Part shown: one piece after another, positions 41,686 to 51,621 of the stretch
Layout of the letters: each line of letters starts with the position of its first letter
Numbering within the stretch: the stretch's first letter is position 1
From: Nitrospirota bacterium
Lineage (GTDB): Bacteria > Nitrospirota > UBA9217
DNA length: 64,000 nucleotides
Assembly: GCA_963663225.1 (NCBI GenBank)
Contig: OY760142.1
Span: 1,824,001 to 1,888,000, forward strand
Direction of reading: 5' to 3'
The notes under the pieces: generated by a model
The model's input: only the letters and a program-made list of their open reading frames with translations
Told to the model about the DNA's origin: nothing
The model's database searches: none
Position numbers and translations under genes: made by a program

Positions 41686-41761
41686 GGGCCGGTAGCTCAG
41701 TTGGTAGAGCACCGCCCTTTTAAGGCGGGTGTCCTGGGTCCGAATCCCAGCCGGCTCACCA
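41686..41761 (+). tRNA. tRNA-Lys (UUU)
   Basis: Cloverleaf gggccgg/ccggctc, anticodon loop cTTTTaa, CCA encoded; T-loop TCCGAAT. Confidence 0.95.
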
Positions 41762-41833
41762 AAATAATTCAGAGTGAATTGCAGATTGCGGGCTTCGATC
41801 CGCAGACACTCAGTTCACAGTTCAAAATTTATT

Positions 41834-41911
41834 GTCCCCATCGTCTAGCCCGGCCCAGGACACCGCCCTTTCACGGCGATAACAGGGGTTCGAATCCCCT
41901 TGGGGACGCCA
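41834..41911 (+). tRNA. tRNA-Glu (UUC), integration target
   Basis: gtcccca/tggggac acceptor stem, anticodon loop ctTTCac, GGTTCGAATCC, CCA. Confidence 0.96.
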
Positions 41912-41918
41912 ATCTTTC

Positions 41919-41948
41919 AAAGAGTTACGGCATTTGCTGTAACTCTTT
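41919..41948. terminator. Bidirectional terminator between tRNA-Glu and the integrase
   Basis: aaagagttacggca-tt-tgctgtaactcttt. Confidence 0.75.
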
Positions 41949-42995
41949 TTCTTTTGAATGTGCTAGATTTGTGCTAAATTCCCCATAACTTTTTTCTAAC
42001 TGGCTTATTGCGTTGGCTAAGTGCTTTGGACTAATGTGAGCATAACGCCGAGTCATCCTTGTATCTTTATGTCCCATCAGATCAGCCAGCGTGTCGAGGT
42101 CAACTCCTGCCTGCCTGTTCCATGATGCAAAGCAATGCCTCAGATCATGAAACCTGAAATCTTGAATCTCTGCTTTTTTGAGTGCTTCCTTAAAAGCCCT
42201 TTGTAGCTGCATTGAGGTAATCTGTTTCCCATCTTCATGACAGAAAACATAAGGGTTGTCTAAGTGAACCACTCTTAAAGCTTCCTTCAAGGCTTCCATA
42301 GCAGGTGCTGCAACAGGAATAATCAGATTCTCACCGTTCTTTGTTTCTGAACCATCTAAAGAAATGGTTTTTGCAAACATATTTACCTGATTGCGTTTCA
42401 GGTTCAGAACGTTGCCTTTTCTTAATCCTGTCCATGCAGCCACGATAACAATATTTCGAAGCCAGCTATCGCACTTACTAAGGAGCTTGTGATATTCCCC
42501 AAATGAAAGATACCGAAGCCGTTTTTTATCGGCTTTTGCTATTCCTTCAATCGGAGGAACATCTTTGACCCACATCCAACGTTTTTTAGCCAGATTGAAC
42601 ATCCGTTTTAGGATATTCAGTTTTCTAACAATCGTTGCAGGTTTATCGCCTTCACTTTTTCTCTTCTGCTTAAAATCGTCTATCAGAGCAGGATTGACTT
42701 GGGAAAGGGAGTAAGAACCAAAGAACTCTTTTAACTGCTTCAGGTAGCTTTCTACAGATCGCCAGCTTTTAAGCTCTTTGAAATCCGTAGACTCGTATTT
42801 CTCGACAAGTTCTAGAAAGGTTCTACTACTTCCCTCATCAACATCTAACCATTTACCCTCGGCAATCTGGGCCATGACTTTGTGATAGATTTTCTCAGCT
42901 ATCTTTCTGTCATTTGTGCCAGTAGGCTTTCTGATTTGCCTGTTCTGATAATTAAATCTCATCCACCAGGCTTGGCCTCGTCTGTACAGTCCCAT
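41925..42995 (-). CDS. int: Tyrosine integrase
   Basis: TGLRKGN, TKN, HDLRH, MGH, RYAH catalytic residues; N-terminal arm-binding-like domain. Confidence 0.96.
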   Translation of the reverse strand: MGLYRRGQAWWMRFNYQNRQIRKPTGTNDRKIAEKIYHKVMAQIAEGKWLDVDEGSSRTFLELVEKYESTDFKELKSWRSVESYLKQLKEFFGSYSLSQVNPALIDDFKQKRKSEGDKPATIVRKLNILKRMFNLAKKRWMWVKDVPPIEGIAKADKKRLRYLSFGEYHKLLSKCDSWLRNIVIVAAWTGLRKGNVLNLKRNQVNMFAKTISLDGSETKNGENLIIPVAAPAMEALKEALRVVHLDNPYVFCHEDGKQITSMQLQRAFKEALKKAEIQDFRFHDLRHCFASWNRQAGVDLDTLADLMGHKDTRMTRRYAHISPKHLANAISQLEKSYGEFSTNLAHSKEKELQQMP

Positions 42996-43309
42996 TAAAC
43001 CTCCTTCCTGAGACCTTGCATTTGGCCTGGTTTCCCGTTGGATGAATTATACCTTGAGTTCTTAACACTATCAATGGCCTGTTTAACGATATTATCTATA
43101 CCCAAAACATTGCCTTTATTTGGGATTACGGTGGGCTCAGCTTTAAATTTACGAGACGACTTGATCCAATCTATAACCTCTTCCATATCAAAGCGAATTA
43201 ACCCATTCAGCTTATGAAAAGGGATAGTTCCTTGATGCACCCACGAGTAAAGAGTAGATACCTTGACCATGAGAAACTCAGATACTGTTTTAATGCTTAC
43301 CAGCTTCAT
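42995..43309 (-). CDS. Excisionase-like HTH protein
   Basis: VSEFL.VKVSTLYSWV..G.IPF.KL..LIRFD; coupled to int. Confidence 0.85.
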   Translation of the reverse strand: MKLVSIKTVSEFLMVKVSTLYSWVHQGTIPFHKLNGLIRFDMEEVIDWIKSSRKFKAEPTVIPNKGNVLGIDNIVKQAIDSVKNSRYNSSNGKPGQMQGLRKEV

Positions 43310-43310
43310 A

Positions 43311-43622
43311 TCAACCCTTGTGCTTCCTTTTTCTGTCTTCAGTAAATATTTCTTTATACCATTTGGTACGTTCTTTACTTGGTGCTACGAACCAATAAAC
43401 GCCTTTCTTGCGAGTCTCGTTAATTAATTCTTCTCCGGATTGACCCCGTCGCTCCATTTCTGCGAGTTTGACTTCTTCCTTGGCCTCTTTATCTGTAATA
43501 ACCTTGCCTTTGAAGATACGACAAACATCTTTAGCCGTAATAAAAGGCTGTTCCGGTTCAGGCTTGAATTTAGTAAACAAATCACCTTGTTTGTGGGGTT
43601 TTTTCTTCATGGATAGCCTCAA
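43311..43622 (-). CDS. Hypothetical basic protein (start may be ATG 43610)
   Basis: 103-aa ORF tightly packed between rep and xis. Confidence 0.6.
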   Translation of the reverse strand: MRLSMKKKPHKQGDLFTKFKPEPEQPFITAKDVCRIFKGKVITDKEAKEEVKLAEMERRGQSGEELINETRKKGVYWFVAPSKERTKWYKEIFTEDRKRKHKG

Positions 43623-44761
43623 AACGGTACTTCGTCATCATCAGGTTTATTGAACAGTTTCTTTTTAAGCTTTATCTTCTTACTCACATAATCCATACTG
43701 TCAGTAAAGCCGCTAGTGCCTTTATTTTCATTCAGAAAGCTTGCGTCTAGGTAAGCTCCTGCATCACGCAAGAAACTTAACGCAGCAGCTGATAGATTGG
43801 ATTCGTCATAACCGTATAAAGCCGCATATGCGAGCAGATACCCAAGACCGTTAACAAATAGCCTTTTCATGTTAGGAAACCTTGATTTGCTTATGTCGCG
43901 TTGTATCCCGGTATATCCGCCATCAACAAACATGATTTTTTGTATTTCTGACCATACAGGAGCGGTTTCCCAGCGGCTTCTATTTACGTCTCCGTTATCA
44001 TCAGCCAGTTTAAGCCAATCATGAGTGCAATATCTCCAAATATCATTAATCTTGTTCGTAAGATCAGGTATTGTTAAAGCACCTAGTTGAGATAAAACCA
44101 GCCTTTTAATCTCGAATTCAAGACGCATAATCTTTTGTCCTTCTGTCCAGCCTTGTTTTGCCCAAATCTCCTTAAACCAATCCTTATGAGTCCGGATAAT
44201 TTCTATTGTTTTGTCATACAGGCGTGCTGATATATCGCCACCTTGACCGATTGACCAACCAGTAAAGTCATTATTATCCCAAAAGGCATTAATACGCCTT
44301 GCAGGTGAAATCCATTCTTTATTGTCAACATTTGCAAAACTCACATCAGTAATAAAATCGATAAAGATATCTACACGACTTATCTTTTCTTCATAGACAC
44401 CGTCAATTAACGCATCTATGACAGTTCTTAATTGCCTCATGGACTCATCAAGGCCCTTACAATTAAGCAATTCGCTTGAAACTTGGACATAGACAGCAGG
44501 AACCTTTTTACTTCCTGCCCCTGCTATCTGGATACGGAACCAGTTATCTACGATCACATAGCTGTATACGCCAGCCCCTTTATCTTTGACCTCAAAACAA
44601 TGTTTTCCAATAACCATTTTTGCTTCGGCTTGGTCTTGGATATCGCTTGAACGGGCTAGCTGCTTTTTAGATTCAAGATTGATTAATAAGCCGCTTTTCA
44701 ACGTTCCCCGGTAAGATAAATAAATACTGTCAATTCCCTTATGGACTACCTTAAACTCCAT
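43619..44761 (-). CDS. Replication initiation factor (Rep_trans-like rolling-circle initiator)
   Basis: GIDSIYL, ISRVDIF.D, IG.G....ARLYDK..EI, RLEFE pattern; AGGAG RBS. Confidence 0.8.
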   Translation of the reverse strand: MEFKVVHKGIDSIYLSYRGTLKSGLLINLESKKQLARSSDIQDQAEAKMVIGKHCFEVKDKGAGVYSYVIVDNWFRIQIAGAGSKKVPAVYVQVSSELLNCKGLDESMRQLRTVIDALIDGVYEEKISRVDIFIDFITDVSFANVDNKEWISPARRINAFWDNNDFTGWSIGQGGDISARLYDKTIEIIRTHKDWFKEIWAKQGWTEGQKIMRLEFEIKRLVLSQLGALTIPDLTNKINDIWRYCTHDWLKLADDNGDVNRSRWETAPVWSEIQKIMFVDGGYTGIQRDISKSRFPNMKRLFVNGLGYLLAYAALYGYDESNLSAAALSFLRDAGAYLDASFLNENKGTSGFTDSMDYVSKKIKLKKKLFNKPDDDEVPF

Positions 44762-44783
44762 AACTCTCCTTTCTTGTATTTAG

Positions 44784-44877
44784 ACAGTGCTGTGATACTA
44801 GGCTCCGCACTGTTTTAAAACTCAAACCATGCCACAGCGAGCCCGCCAGCCTTCGGCTGTTGCGGGGCTCTCTGTGG
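44784..44877. other. Candidate replication origin (two hairpins upstream of rep)
   Basis: acagtgc/gcactgt stem at 44784-44813 and a long GC-rich stem ccacag...ctgtgg at 44832-44877 in AT-rich DNA. Confidence 0.5.
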
Positions 44878-45005
44878 TGATTGCTCTGAAAATAAAAAAG
44901 CCATGGCGATTACCATGGCTAGAAAATACAATATGATGACATTAATTTCCCGGACTCTGATAGGTCTATTTTTTGTCCGTGAAGTGTTTAAGCTATTGAA
45001 AAGGT

Positions 45006-45986
45006 TTATTTGCCGTACAGAGGATAGATATGTCTTTGAAGAAATTTATCAAGACCGGAAGGATATTCAGGAGGATTTAAACCACAGTCCTTTAAGAAAT
45101 GGTAAAGTTGATTCAGCTTTAAAGTATTTAACCCCATCAGCCAGAAAAACCATAAAACAATATACGTCTCATACTGAGGAGCTTCTTTCGCTATAGGTTT
45201 TTTCTCAATAGCCCTCGCCAGCTTTTGAAAGAAAACGACATCACCGGATAATTGAGCCTTCATGAGCCTTTGTTTAACAACGTCTGTACAAAGAAGCGTC
45301 TTATCTACTCTTATGGCTTTTAAAAGTGAAGAATCATTTTCTTCCTGCAAAAGTTCGTAAATTGATTTTTGAAAGGCTATTTGTGAAAATATTGAATGAT
45401 TGACGTTCATAAAAGTATTGAGAGCTGAAGGTCTATCCAATAGCTTTACTTGGTTATTGTCTAAGTCTGTATTCTTTTCCAGGTCTTGAAATATCAACCG
45501 ACACATTAAAGAATAGTAAAAAGTGAGCGCGTCGGAAACTGCCTGATTAATAGCTTTTTCCCTGTTTTTGCCATACAATTTGGCTAGCTGTTTGGAGAAA
45601 GAAGCATCACAAAGAGATTCAATTTTTGATTCATAATATTTTTTACTTGCCTCAGGTAGTTTGCCTGCTAAAGTGAATAAAAATTTCTCTAATCTGTGCT
45701 GTCTTTTCTTATTACTCCGGTAGCTTTCAAACCTCTTAACAACACTATCTGAATCAAGATAGCCCTCGTATGCCTCATTTACAAGCCGGGTAAGTTCTTT
45801 GCCATCGTAGCCTGTTTGCCAACCAGTGCTATTTAATATGATTTGCTGAAAATTGTCGTTTATAGCAAAAAAGCCGTCATCTGAAGCACTCTTAATTTCT
45901 CTAAAAAAGCGTAATAAGGTTTTAACCGCAGCATCAAACTCAGGATCAATTTTTGATTTCCAGCTATGTTTATTGAATGAAACCAT
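45006..45986 (-). CDS. Hypothetical protein of the element
   Basis: 326-aa ORF, co-oriented with rep; no motif recognised. Confidence 0.75.
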   Translation of the reverse strand: MVSFNKHSWKSKIDPEFDAAVKTLLRFFREIKSASDDGFFAINDNFQQIILNSTGWQTGYDGKELTRLVNEAYEGYLDSDSVVKRFESYRSNKKRQHRLEKFLFTLAGKLPEASKKYYESKIESLCDASFSKQLAKLYGKNREKAINQAVSDALTFYYSLMCRLIFQDLEKNTDLDNNQVKLLDRPSALNTFMNVNHSIFSQIAFQKSIYELLQEENDSSLLKAIRVDKTLLCTDVVKQRLMKAQLSGDVVFFQKLARAIEKKPIAKEAPQYETYIVLWFFWLMGLNTLKLNQLYHFLKDCGLNPPEYPSGLDKFLQRHIYPLYGK

Positions 45987-46392
45987 TAAGGCAGTTTATC
46001 AAATAAACATAAAATTTCAAACTGTAATATTGAATAAATTGTTCTTGTTTTTAGCAAAATTTAACGTTATTCTTTTACGAAGTAAAAAAATATTGGCTAA
46101 TACTTGTTGATAACTGCAGATTTTGCGATCAATGTGAGTCTGCAGTCTTGATGCGGAAATCGACAACCTCTCAATTTTGATATTCCGTTTTCCTGTAATA
46201 TCAGATTTAGTTTCTTAATATTGATATCTGCCGTCATTTTTAAGGATATATCCTTTTCAAACAATTGATAAATAAATATTCTTATGATATCATCCGCTTA
46301 TATAATATTTTGTTAGCCACTTGAAAAAATACATTGAATTATTGCCCGACAAATAGTCTTCCTTGGCTATCTTAAAGACAAAAGAGGATAAA

Positions 46393-48096
46393 ATGCAAAA
46401 CCTATTAAACGACCTAACCGCTCTACTTTCCAAAGACGATCGACTTGTCGTTGAAGGAAAGTTACTTAAGAACAAAGTCATCGAACTGGCTCTTGCAATG
46501 GATGGCGATTTAATAAAATCACTGTTAAAAGATAAAGGCATCAAGAAGCATTTTTTTGCCGATGTTGACGGTATTTTGGTTTTCGACAAAATAAAATTCC
46601 AGCGTTTTGTTTCAAATAAAGAATTTCTCACAGATAGTTATACTGCGTTCAAAAACAAAATCGGCTTGGTCGATGAACAGGGCGAGTACATTACAAATAG
46701 TCAGAATGTTGTTCTTGCCTGGCCGTATAAAGATTGTGTGCTTGAAGGTGGTCAAACAAAGGAAGACCAGAAGCGAGATGAAATATTCTGGAATGAAACG
46801 CTTGCTCCGGATGAAATAGACAGACTGCTTGCTCCGAAAGTATTCACCAGATGGAAGAAACATGATTCAAAAGGCGAGCATGAATTAACAGCAGGAAAAG
46901 AGAAAATTGATTTCAAAAAAGAAAATTTAATTATTCGGGGAAATAATTTATTAGCTTTGCATTCATTACGTAAAGAATATGCACGCCAGGTTAAACTTAT
47001 ATACATCGATCCTCCATATAATACAGGAAATGATAGTTTTGGATATAACGATTCATTCAATCACAGTACTTGGTTAACATTTCTAAAAAATAGATTGGAA
47101 ATTGCAAAAGACTTGTTAAGTGACAATGGCAGTATATACATTCAGTTGGATAATAATGAAGTTCACTATGCCAAAGTATTATGCGACTCAGTATTCGGAA
47201 TAAATAATTTTCAAAGAGAAATTATTTGGGACATATCCGTGTTGTCTGGTTATAAAACAATGGTAAATAATTGGATTAGAGGACATGACACAATTCTCTT
47301 TTATTCAAAGAAAAGCGAGTCACTTCATTTCAACAAAATATATGTTGACCATAAACAAGAATACATTGATATGTTTAACAAAGAGGATGAAGGAGGGAAA
47401 TATCTTGTAGCTCACGGAAAAAAACGATATCTAAAAGATGTATTAGAAAAGGGGAAAGCAATAGGAGATGTTTGGAATGATATAATGTCATTTCAACAGC
47501 AACCTACATCTGCTGAAAGACTAGAGTTTTCAGGGCAGAAACCTGAAACTTTATTAGAAAGAATAATTAAATCAGCTACAGATGAGAATGATATTGTTTT
47601 AGACTTTTTTCTTGGTTCAGGGACAACTTCTGTTGTTGCTCACAAATTAAAGCGAAGGTATATCGGAATAGAACAACTTGATTACGGTAAAAATGATTGT
47701 AAATTCCGATTGAAGAATATAATTAAGGGTGATAACACAAGTGTATCAAAATCAAACAAATGGCAAGGTGGTGGCTCGTTTATTTATTGTGAACTTGCCG
47801 AATGGAACGAAGCATCTATTTCAGAAATAAAAAAATCAAAAACATCAAAAGAACTCCTAACTATCTGGAAAGACATTCAGGAAAAAGCCTTTATTAGTTA
47901 TAATGTTGACCCTAAAACAATAAACGAGAATATTTCTGACTTTGAAAAACTGCCGATTGAAGACCAAAAGAAATTCCTTATCGAAACACTCGATAAGAAT
48001 CAGCTTTATGTCAATTACAGTGAAATTGAAGACGATGATTACAAGATTTCGGATACTGACAAAAAATTGAATCGCATGTTTTATGGTGAGGTGTAA
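46393..48096 (+). CDS. mod: Type III R-M DNA methyltransferase (Mod)
   Basis: GAGG RBS before ATG 46393; IYIDPPY, QKPE.LL, LDFFLGSGTT (beta-class order). Confidence 0.92.
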   Translation: MQNLLNDLTALLSKDDRLVVEGKLLKNKVIELALAMDGDLIKSLLKDKGIKKHFFADVDGILVFDKIKFQRFVSNKEFLTDSYTAFKNKIGLVDEQGEYITNSQNVVLAWPYKDCVLEGGQTKEDQKRDEIFWNETLAPDEIDRLLAPKVFTRWKKHDSKGEHELTAGKEKIDFKKENLIIRGNNLLALHSLRKEYARQVKLIYIDPPYNTGNDSFGYNDSFNHSTWLTFLKNRLEIAKDLLSDNGSIYIQLDNNEVHYAKVLCDSVFGINNFQREIIWDISVLSGYKTMVNNWIRGHDTILFYSKKSESLHFNKIYVDHKQEYIDMFNKEDEGGKYLVAHGKKRYLKDVLEKGKAIGDVWNDIMSFQQQPTSAERLEFSGQKPETLLERIIKSATDENDIVLDFFLGSGTTSVVAHKLKRRYIGIEQLDYGKNDCKFRLKNIIKGDNTSVSKSNKWQGGGSFIYCELAEWNEASISEIKKSKTSKELLTIWKDIQEKAFISYNVDPKTINENISDFEKLPIEDQKKFLIETLDKNQLYVNYSEIEDDDYKISDTDKKLNRMFYGEV

Positions 48097-48098
48097 AG

Positions 48099-50702
48099 AT
48101 GCCTCAGACCTTAAATGATGTTTTATCAGCATTGCAAACAGCGGGCATTCCTTTCCCGAGAACCCCTAAATATATTGAAAGCAATTTAAACCCTGCCTTT
48201 GAGCTAAGACCATACCAAATCGAAGCATTTGGCCGCTTTTTGCATTACCTTGATAATGAAAAGCTCCGGCAAAAACCTGCTCAACTGCTATTCCATATGG
48301 CAACAGGAAGCGGGAAAACACTCATAATGGCAGGAGCAATACTTCATCTCTACACCAAGGGCTATAGAAACTTTCTTTTCTTCGTAAACAGTACAAATAT
48401 TATTGAAAAAACGCGCGATAATTTTCTTAATCCGCAGTCATTGAAATACCTGTTTTCTGAAACAGTAGCGTTTGGGGATAAGAAGGTTCAAATTAAGGAA
48501 GTAGAAAATTTTCAATCGCCCAATGATGATTGTATTAATATCGTCTTTTCAACCATTCAGGGTTTGCATTCTCGACTGAATACGCCGCGTGAAAATTCTG
48601 TAACATACGATGATTTTGTAAATAAAAATATTGTTCTGATTTCAGATGAAGCACACCACATCAATGTAGACACAAAAAAAGGAAAAATATCTGCGGACGA
48701 AGCAGAGGACTTGTATTCTTGGGAAACAACGGTTCAGCGCATTTTTCGATCTAATAATGAGAATCTCTTGCTTGAATTTACCGCGACCGTTGACTTGTCA
48801 GTTCCAGAAATAGCTTCAAAGTATTCAGATAAAATTATTTTTGACTATCCATTGAAGCAGTTCCGACTGGATGGCTATTCTAAAGAGGTTAAAGTACTTC
48901 AATCCGACGTAGAACTCATTCAAAGAGCTTTGCAGGCAATTATTCTAAGTCAATACCGGAGAAAAGTATTTGAAAAATATAAGAAACTCATTAAACCAGT
49001 ATTGCTTTTCAAGTCAAAAACTATTGCAGATAGCAAGTCATTTTATTCTGATTTCATTACAAAGATAAAATCACTTAAAAAATCAGATGTTTCTCAAATA
49101 TTGAAAAGTAAAGACGCAGTGTTAAGCAAGTGTTCTGCATATTTTGAAAATAACGATATAACAGTTGAAAATCTAATTGAAGAATTGAAAAACGATTTTG
49201 CAGAAGAAAAATGTATTGAAGTAAACAGCAAAGAGGAAAGCGAAGCAAAACAAATCGCAGTGAATACTCTTGAAAACAGCAACAATGAATATCGAGCGGT
49301 TTTTGCTGTCGATAAATTAAATGAAGGATGGGATGTTCTTAACCTGTTTGATATTGTCAGGCTTTATGAAACAAGGGATGCAGATACTAAAACCGGTAAG
49401 CCTGGAAAAACGACCATTGCAGAAGCTCAGTTAATCGGACGAGGCGCAAGGTATTGTCCTTTCCAAATAGACGATACTCAACTAAAATATCAACGAAAAT
49501 ATGACGAAGACCTTGAAAACGAACTTCGTATTTGCGAGGAATTGTATTATCATAGTGCTTACAATCCAAAATATATACATGAATTACACAATGCCCTTCA
49601 CGAAATTGGAATAAAAGATAATACAGCAAAGGAAATCCAGCTTGAATTCAAAATGGATTTCAAGGAAACAGAGCTCTACAAGAGCGGAGCGGTTTTTAAA
49701 AATGAGCAAATACGCTATGATCGTTCTGGCTTGTTTTTTCTGCCAAATACAATCACAGAAAAACCGTATCGTTTTAACTTGAAAACGGGAGCAGTTCAAT
49801 CTTCGCTTGTCTTTGATGATGACACATCAGGGACAATTTCAAAAAAGCAAAAAGATTTTCCGCTTTTCAGTTTTGGTGTGCCAATAATCAGAAAAGCAAT
49901 ATCCCGTCTTGAGTTCTATCGCTTTAACAATCTTAAATCTTTCCTGCCGAATGTAAAATCAATTACAGAATTTATAACTTCAAATAACTATCTTGGAAAA
50001 ATCAAAGTCGAGGTATCCGGAGCAGAGGACGCTTTAACAAACATAAACCTTGCTCACAAAGTAAATATTGCTGTTCAAATCTTGATTGATATAAGCAACA
50101 CACTTCAATCTGATAAAATTGAATATCAAGGAACAAAAGAATTCAAACCGTATGATTTTAAAACTATTTTCAAAGATAAAAAACTCAATATAGTGGTCAG
50201 AGACAGTAGCGATCAAGAGTATGGTATACCGCAATCACAAACTCTCAATCAAAATCTCCGCATGGATTTGAGTAAAAAGGACTGGTATGTTTTTACAGAC
50301 AATTACGGAACTTCTGAAGAAAAGTATCTCGTTAAATACATCGATAAAGCCTACGAGCAATTAAAGAGGAAATACTCAGAGGTATTCCTTGTTAGAAATG
50401 AACGCCATTTCCAACTATACAATTTTGATGATGGAAAACCTGTCGAGCCGGATTTTGTTTTATTTCTGAAAAAGAAGTCAGGAGATGAGACGCTTCATTA
50501 TCAAGTGTTCATAGAGCCAAAGGGCGAACATTTACTTGAACATGATGCGTGGAAAGAAAGTTTTTTTAAGTCATTAAAAAAACAGCATAAAATAAATGTG
50601 CTTTGGAAATCAAAAAAATATGTAATCTGGGGAATGCCTTTTTATAATGAAAATGTTAGAAAGCAGGATTTTGAAAATGCGTTTAATGAAATTACAACGT
50701 GA
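48099..50702 (+). CDS. res: Type III R-M restriction subunit (Res)
   Basis: MATGSGKT, DEAHH, FTAT, LNEGWD, QLIGRGAR; C-terminal PDF...IEPK nuclease. Confidence 0.92.
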   Translation: MPQTLNDVLSALQTAGIPFPRTPKYIESNLNPAFELRPYQIEAFGRFLHYLDNEKLRQKPAQLLFHMATGSGKTLIMAGAILHLYTKGYRNFLFFVNSTNIIEKTRDNFLNPQSLKYLFSETVAFGDKKVQIKEVENFQSPNDDCINIVFSTIQGLHSRLNTPRENSVTYDDFVNKNIVLISDEAHHINVDTKKGKISADEAEDLYSWETTVQRIFRSNNENLLLEFTATVDLSVPEIASKYSDKIIFDYPLKQFRLDGYSKEVKVLQSDVELIQRALQAIILSQYRRKVFEKYKKLIKPVLLFKSKTIADSKSFYSDFITKIKSLKKSDVSQILKSKDAVLSKCSAYFENNDITVENLIEELKNDFAEEKCIEVNSKEESEAKQIAVNTLENSNNEYRAVFAVDKLNEGWDVLNLFDIVRLYETRDADTKTGKPGKTTIAEAQLIGRGARYCPFQIDDTQLKYQRKYDEDLENELRICEELYYHSAYNPKYIHELHNALHEIGIKDNTAKEIQLEFKMDFKETELYKSGAVFKNEQIRYDRSGLFFLPNTITEKPYRFNLKTGAVQSSLVFDDDTSGTISKKQKDFPLFSFGVPIIRKAISRLEFYRFNNLKSFLPNVKSITEFITSNNYLGKIKVEVSGAEDALTNINLAHKVNIAVQILIDISNTLQSDKIEYQGTKEFKPYDFKTIFKDKKLNIVVRDSSDQEYGIPQSQTLNQNLRMDLSKKDWYVFTDNYGTSEEKYLVKYIDKAYEQLKRKYSEVFLVRNERHFQLYNFDDGKPVEPDFVLFLKKKSGDETLHYQVFIEPKGEHLLEHDAWKESFFKSLKKQHKINVLWKSKKYVIWGMPFYNENVRKQDFENAFNEITT

Positions 50703-50763
50703 ATCGCCTACGCTAATCCAACGCTTCGGCTAAACAATCGAGCAATAATGAAAAATCAAGTGG

Positions 50764-51024
50764 CTAAAAAAGCGGATCGAGACAGACGCCCCTGCGGGGC
50801 AACCGCTCATCCGCCGCATTATTTTCTTTTGACTTCCTGAATGCGTATCCCGTAAGGGAATATGATGCTGTTAAATTCATTTTTTTTGGTACACGCTTTA
50901 CGTCAATGTCGTACTCGCACTGATGCTGTCCTTGAACAAGAGGAATGGGATTTAATTCTTTCAGCACCTTTTCCCGATTTGATTTCGGCACGAGTTTTCC
51001 AATCCACATGTCATAGTATTTCAT
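50764..51024 (-). CDS. Hypothetical protein
   Basis: GGAGG RBS; 86 aa. Confidence 0.55.
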   Translation of the reverse strand: MKYYDMWIGKLVPKSNREKVLKELNPIPLVQGQHQCEYDIDVKRVPKKMNLTASYSLTGYAFRKSKENNAADERLPRRGVCLDPLF

Positions 51025-51091
51025 GATTCTGACCTCCGAAAATAACTACGACCGTCGAGAGGGTTGCAAACTCGCGCCCGTCACGGCCCAA

Positions 51092-51187
51092 TGTGCTAAT
51101 AATGTGCTAAATTTGTGCTAGAAAATTTCCTAACAAGCATGAAGAGCATAATAAACATAAAATATGTAAACCTATAACTCCTTGATT
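51092..51187. repeat. Integrase arm-type repeats and IHF site of element 1
   Basis: TGTGCTA at 51092, 51103, 51114 (also 41959, 41970), 11-bp period; AATCAAggagTTA on the minus strand at 51175-51187. Confidence 0.75.
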
Positions 51188-51292
51188 TTATAAGTAACAC
51201 AGGAAACCAGGCGACAAGTCAAGGTTATTATTTTTAGTTGTTTTCGGCTTTCACGGCGATAACAGGGGTTCGAATCCCCTTGGGGACGCCAA

Positions 51293-51467
51293 ATTATCAA
51301 GAGGTTAGCGTATTCGCTAGCCTCTTTTCTTTTTCAAACGTTGCAGAAACGCAGCACTTTTCTTTGGCATCCAGTACATTTACCGCTTCCCTCAAGTTTT
51401 CAGGAGAAAGATGGCTGTACCTGATTATCATCCGCAAGTCTTTATGTCCCAGCAGTTCCTTTACAAT
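51293..51467 (-). pseudogene. Integrase C-terminal remnant
   Basis: Translates to IVKELLGHKDLRMIIRYSHLSPENLREAV... Confidence 0.85.
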
Positions 51468-51621
51468 TAAAAGCCATGTAAAATACTATACGAATTATCT
51501 CTATTATGATATAGTGAGTTGAAAAATGTTTAATATTAGTGAACTAGTCGAGTCCTGCGATAATAACACGCGTGTGCCTTTAATGAAGAACTTCTAATAT
51601 GGAGTAGGTAATGGGGGTGTC

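Larger units (their letters stand above)
41868..51292. mobile_element. Integrated element at tRNA-Glu: integrase, excisionase, Rep and type III R-M
   Basis: 45-bp perfect direct repeat at 41868-41912 and 51248-51292 (offset 9380); AT-rich; integrase next to attL. Confidence 0.93.

Noticed and set aside
41701-41988. ORFs over the tRNAs and att copies (also 51238-51522 and 55059-55298)
   Set aside because: They overlap tRNA genes or are antisense to integrase remnants
46393-48096. Phase-variable mod gene
   Set aside because: No simple sequence repeat tract seen in the gene or its promoter
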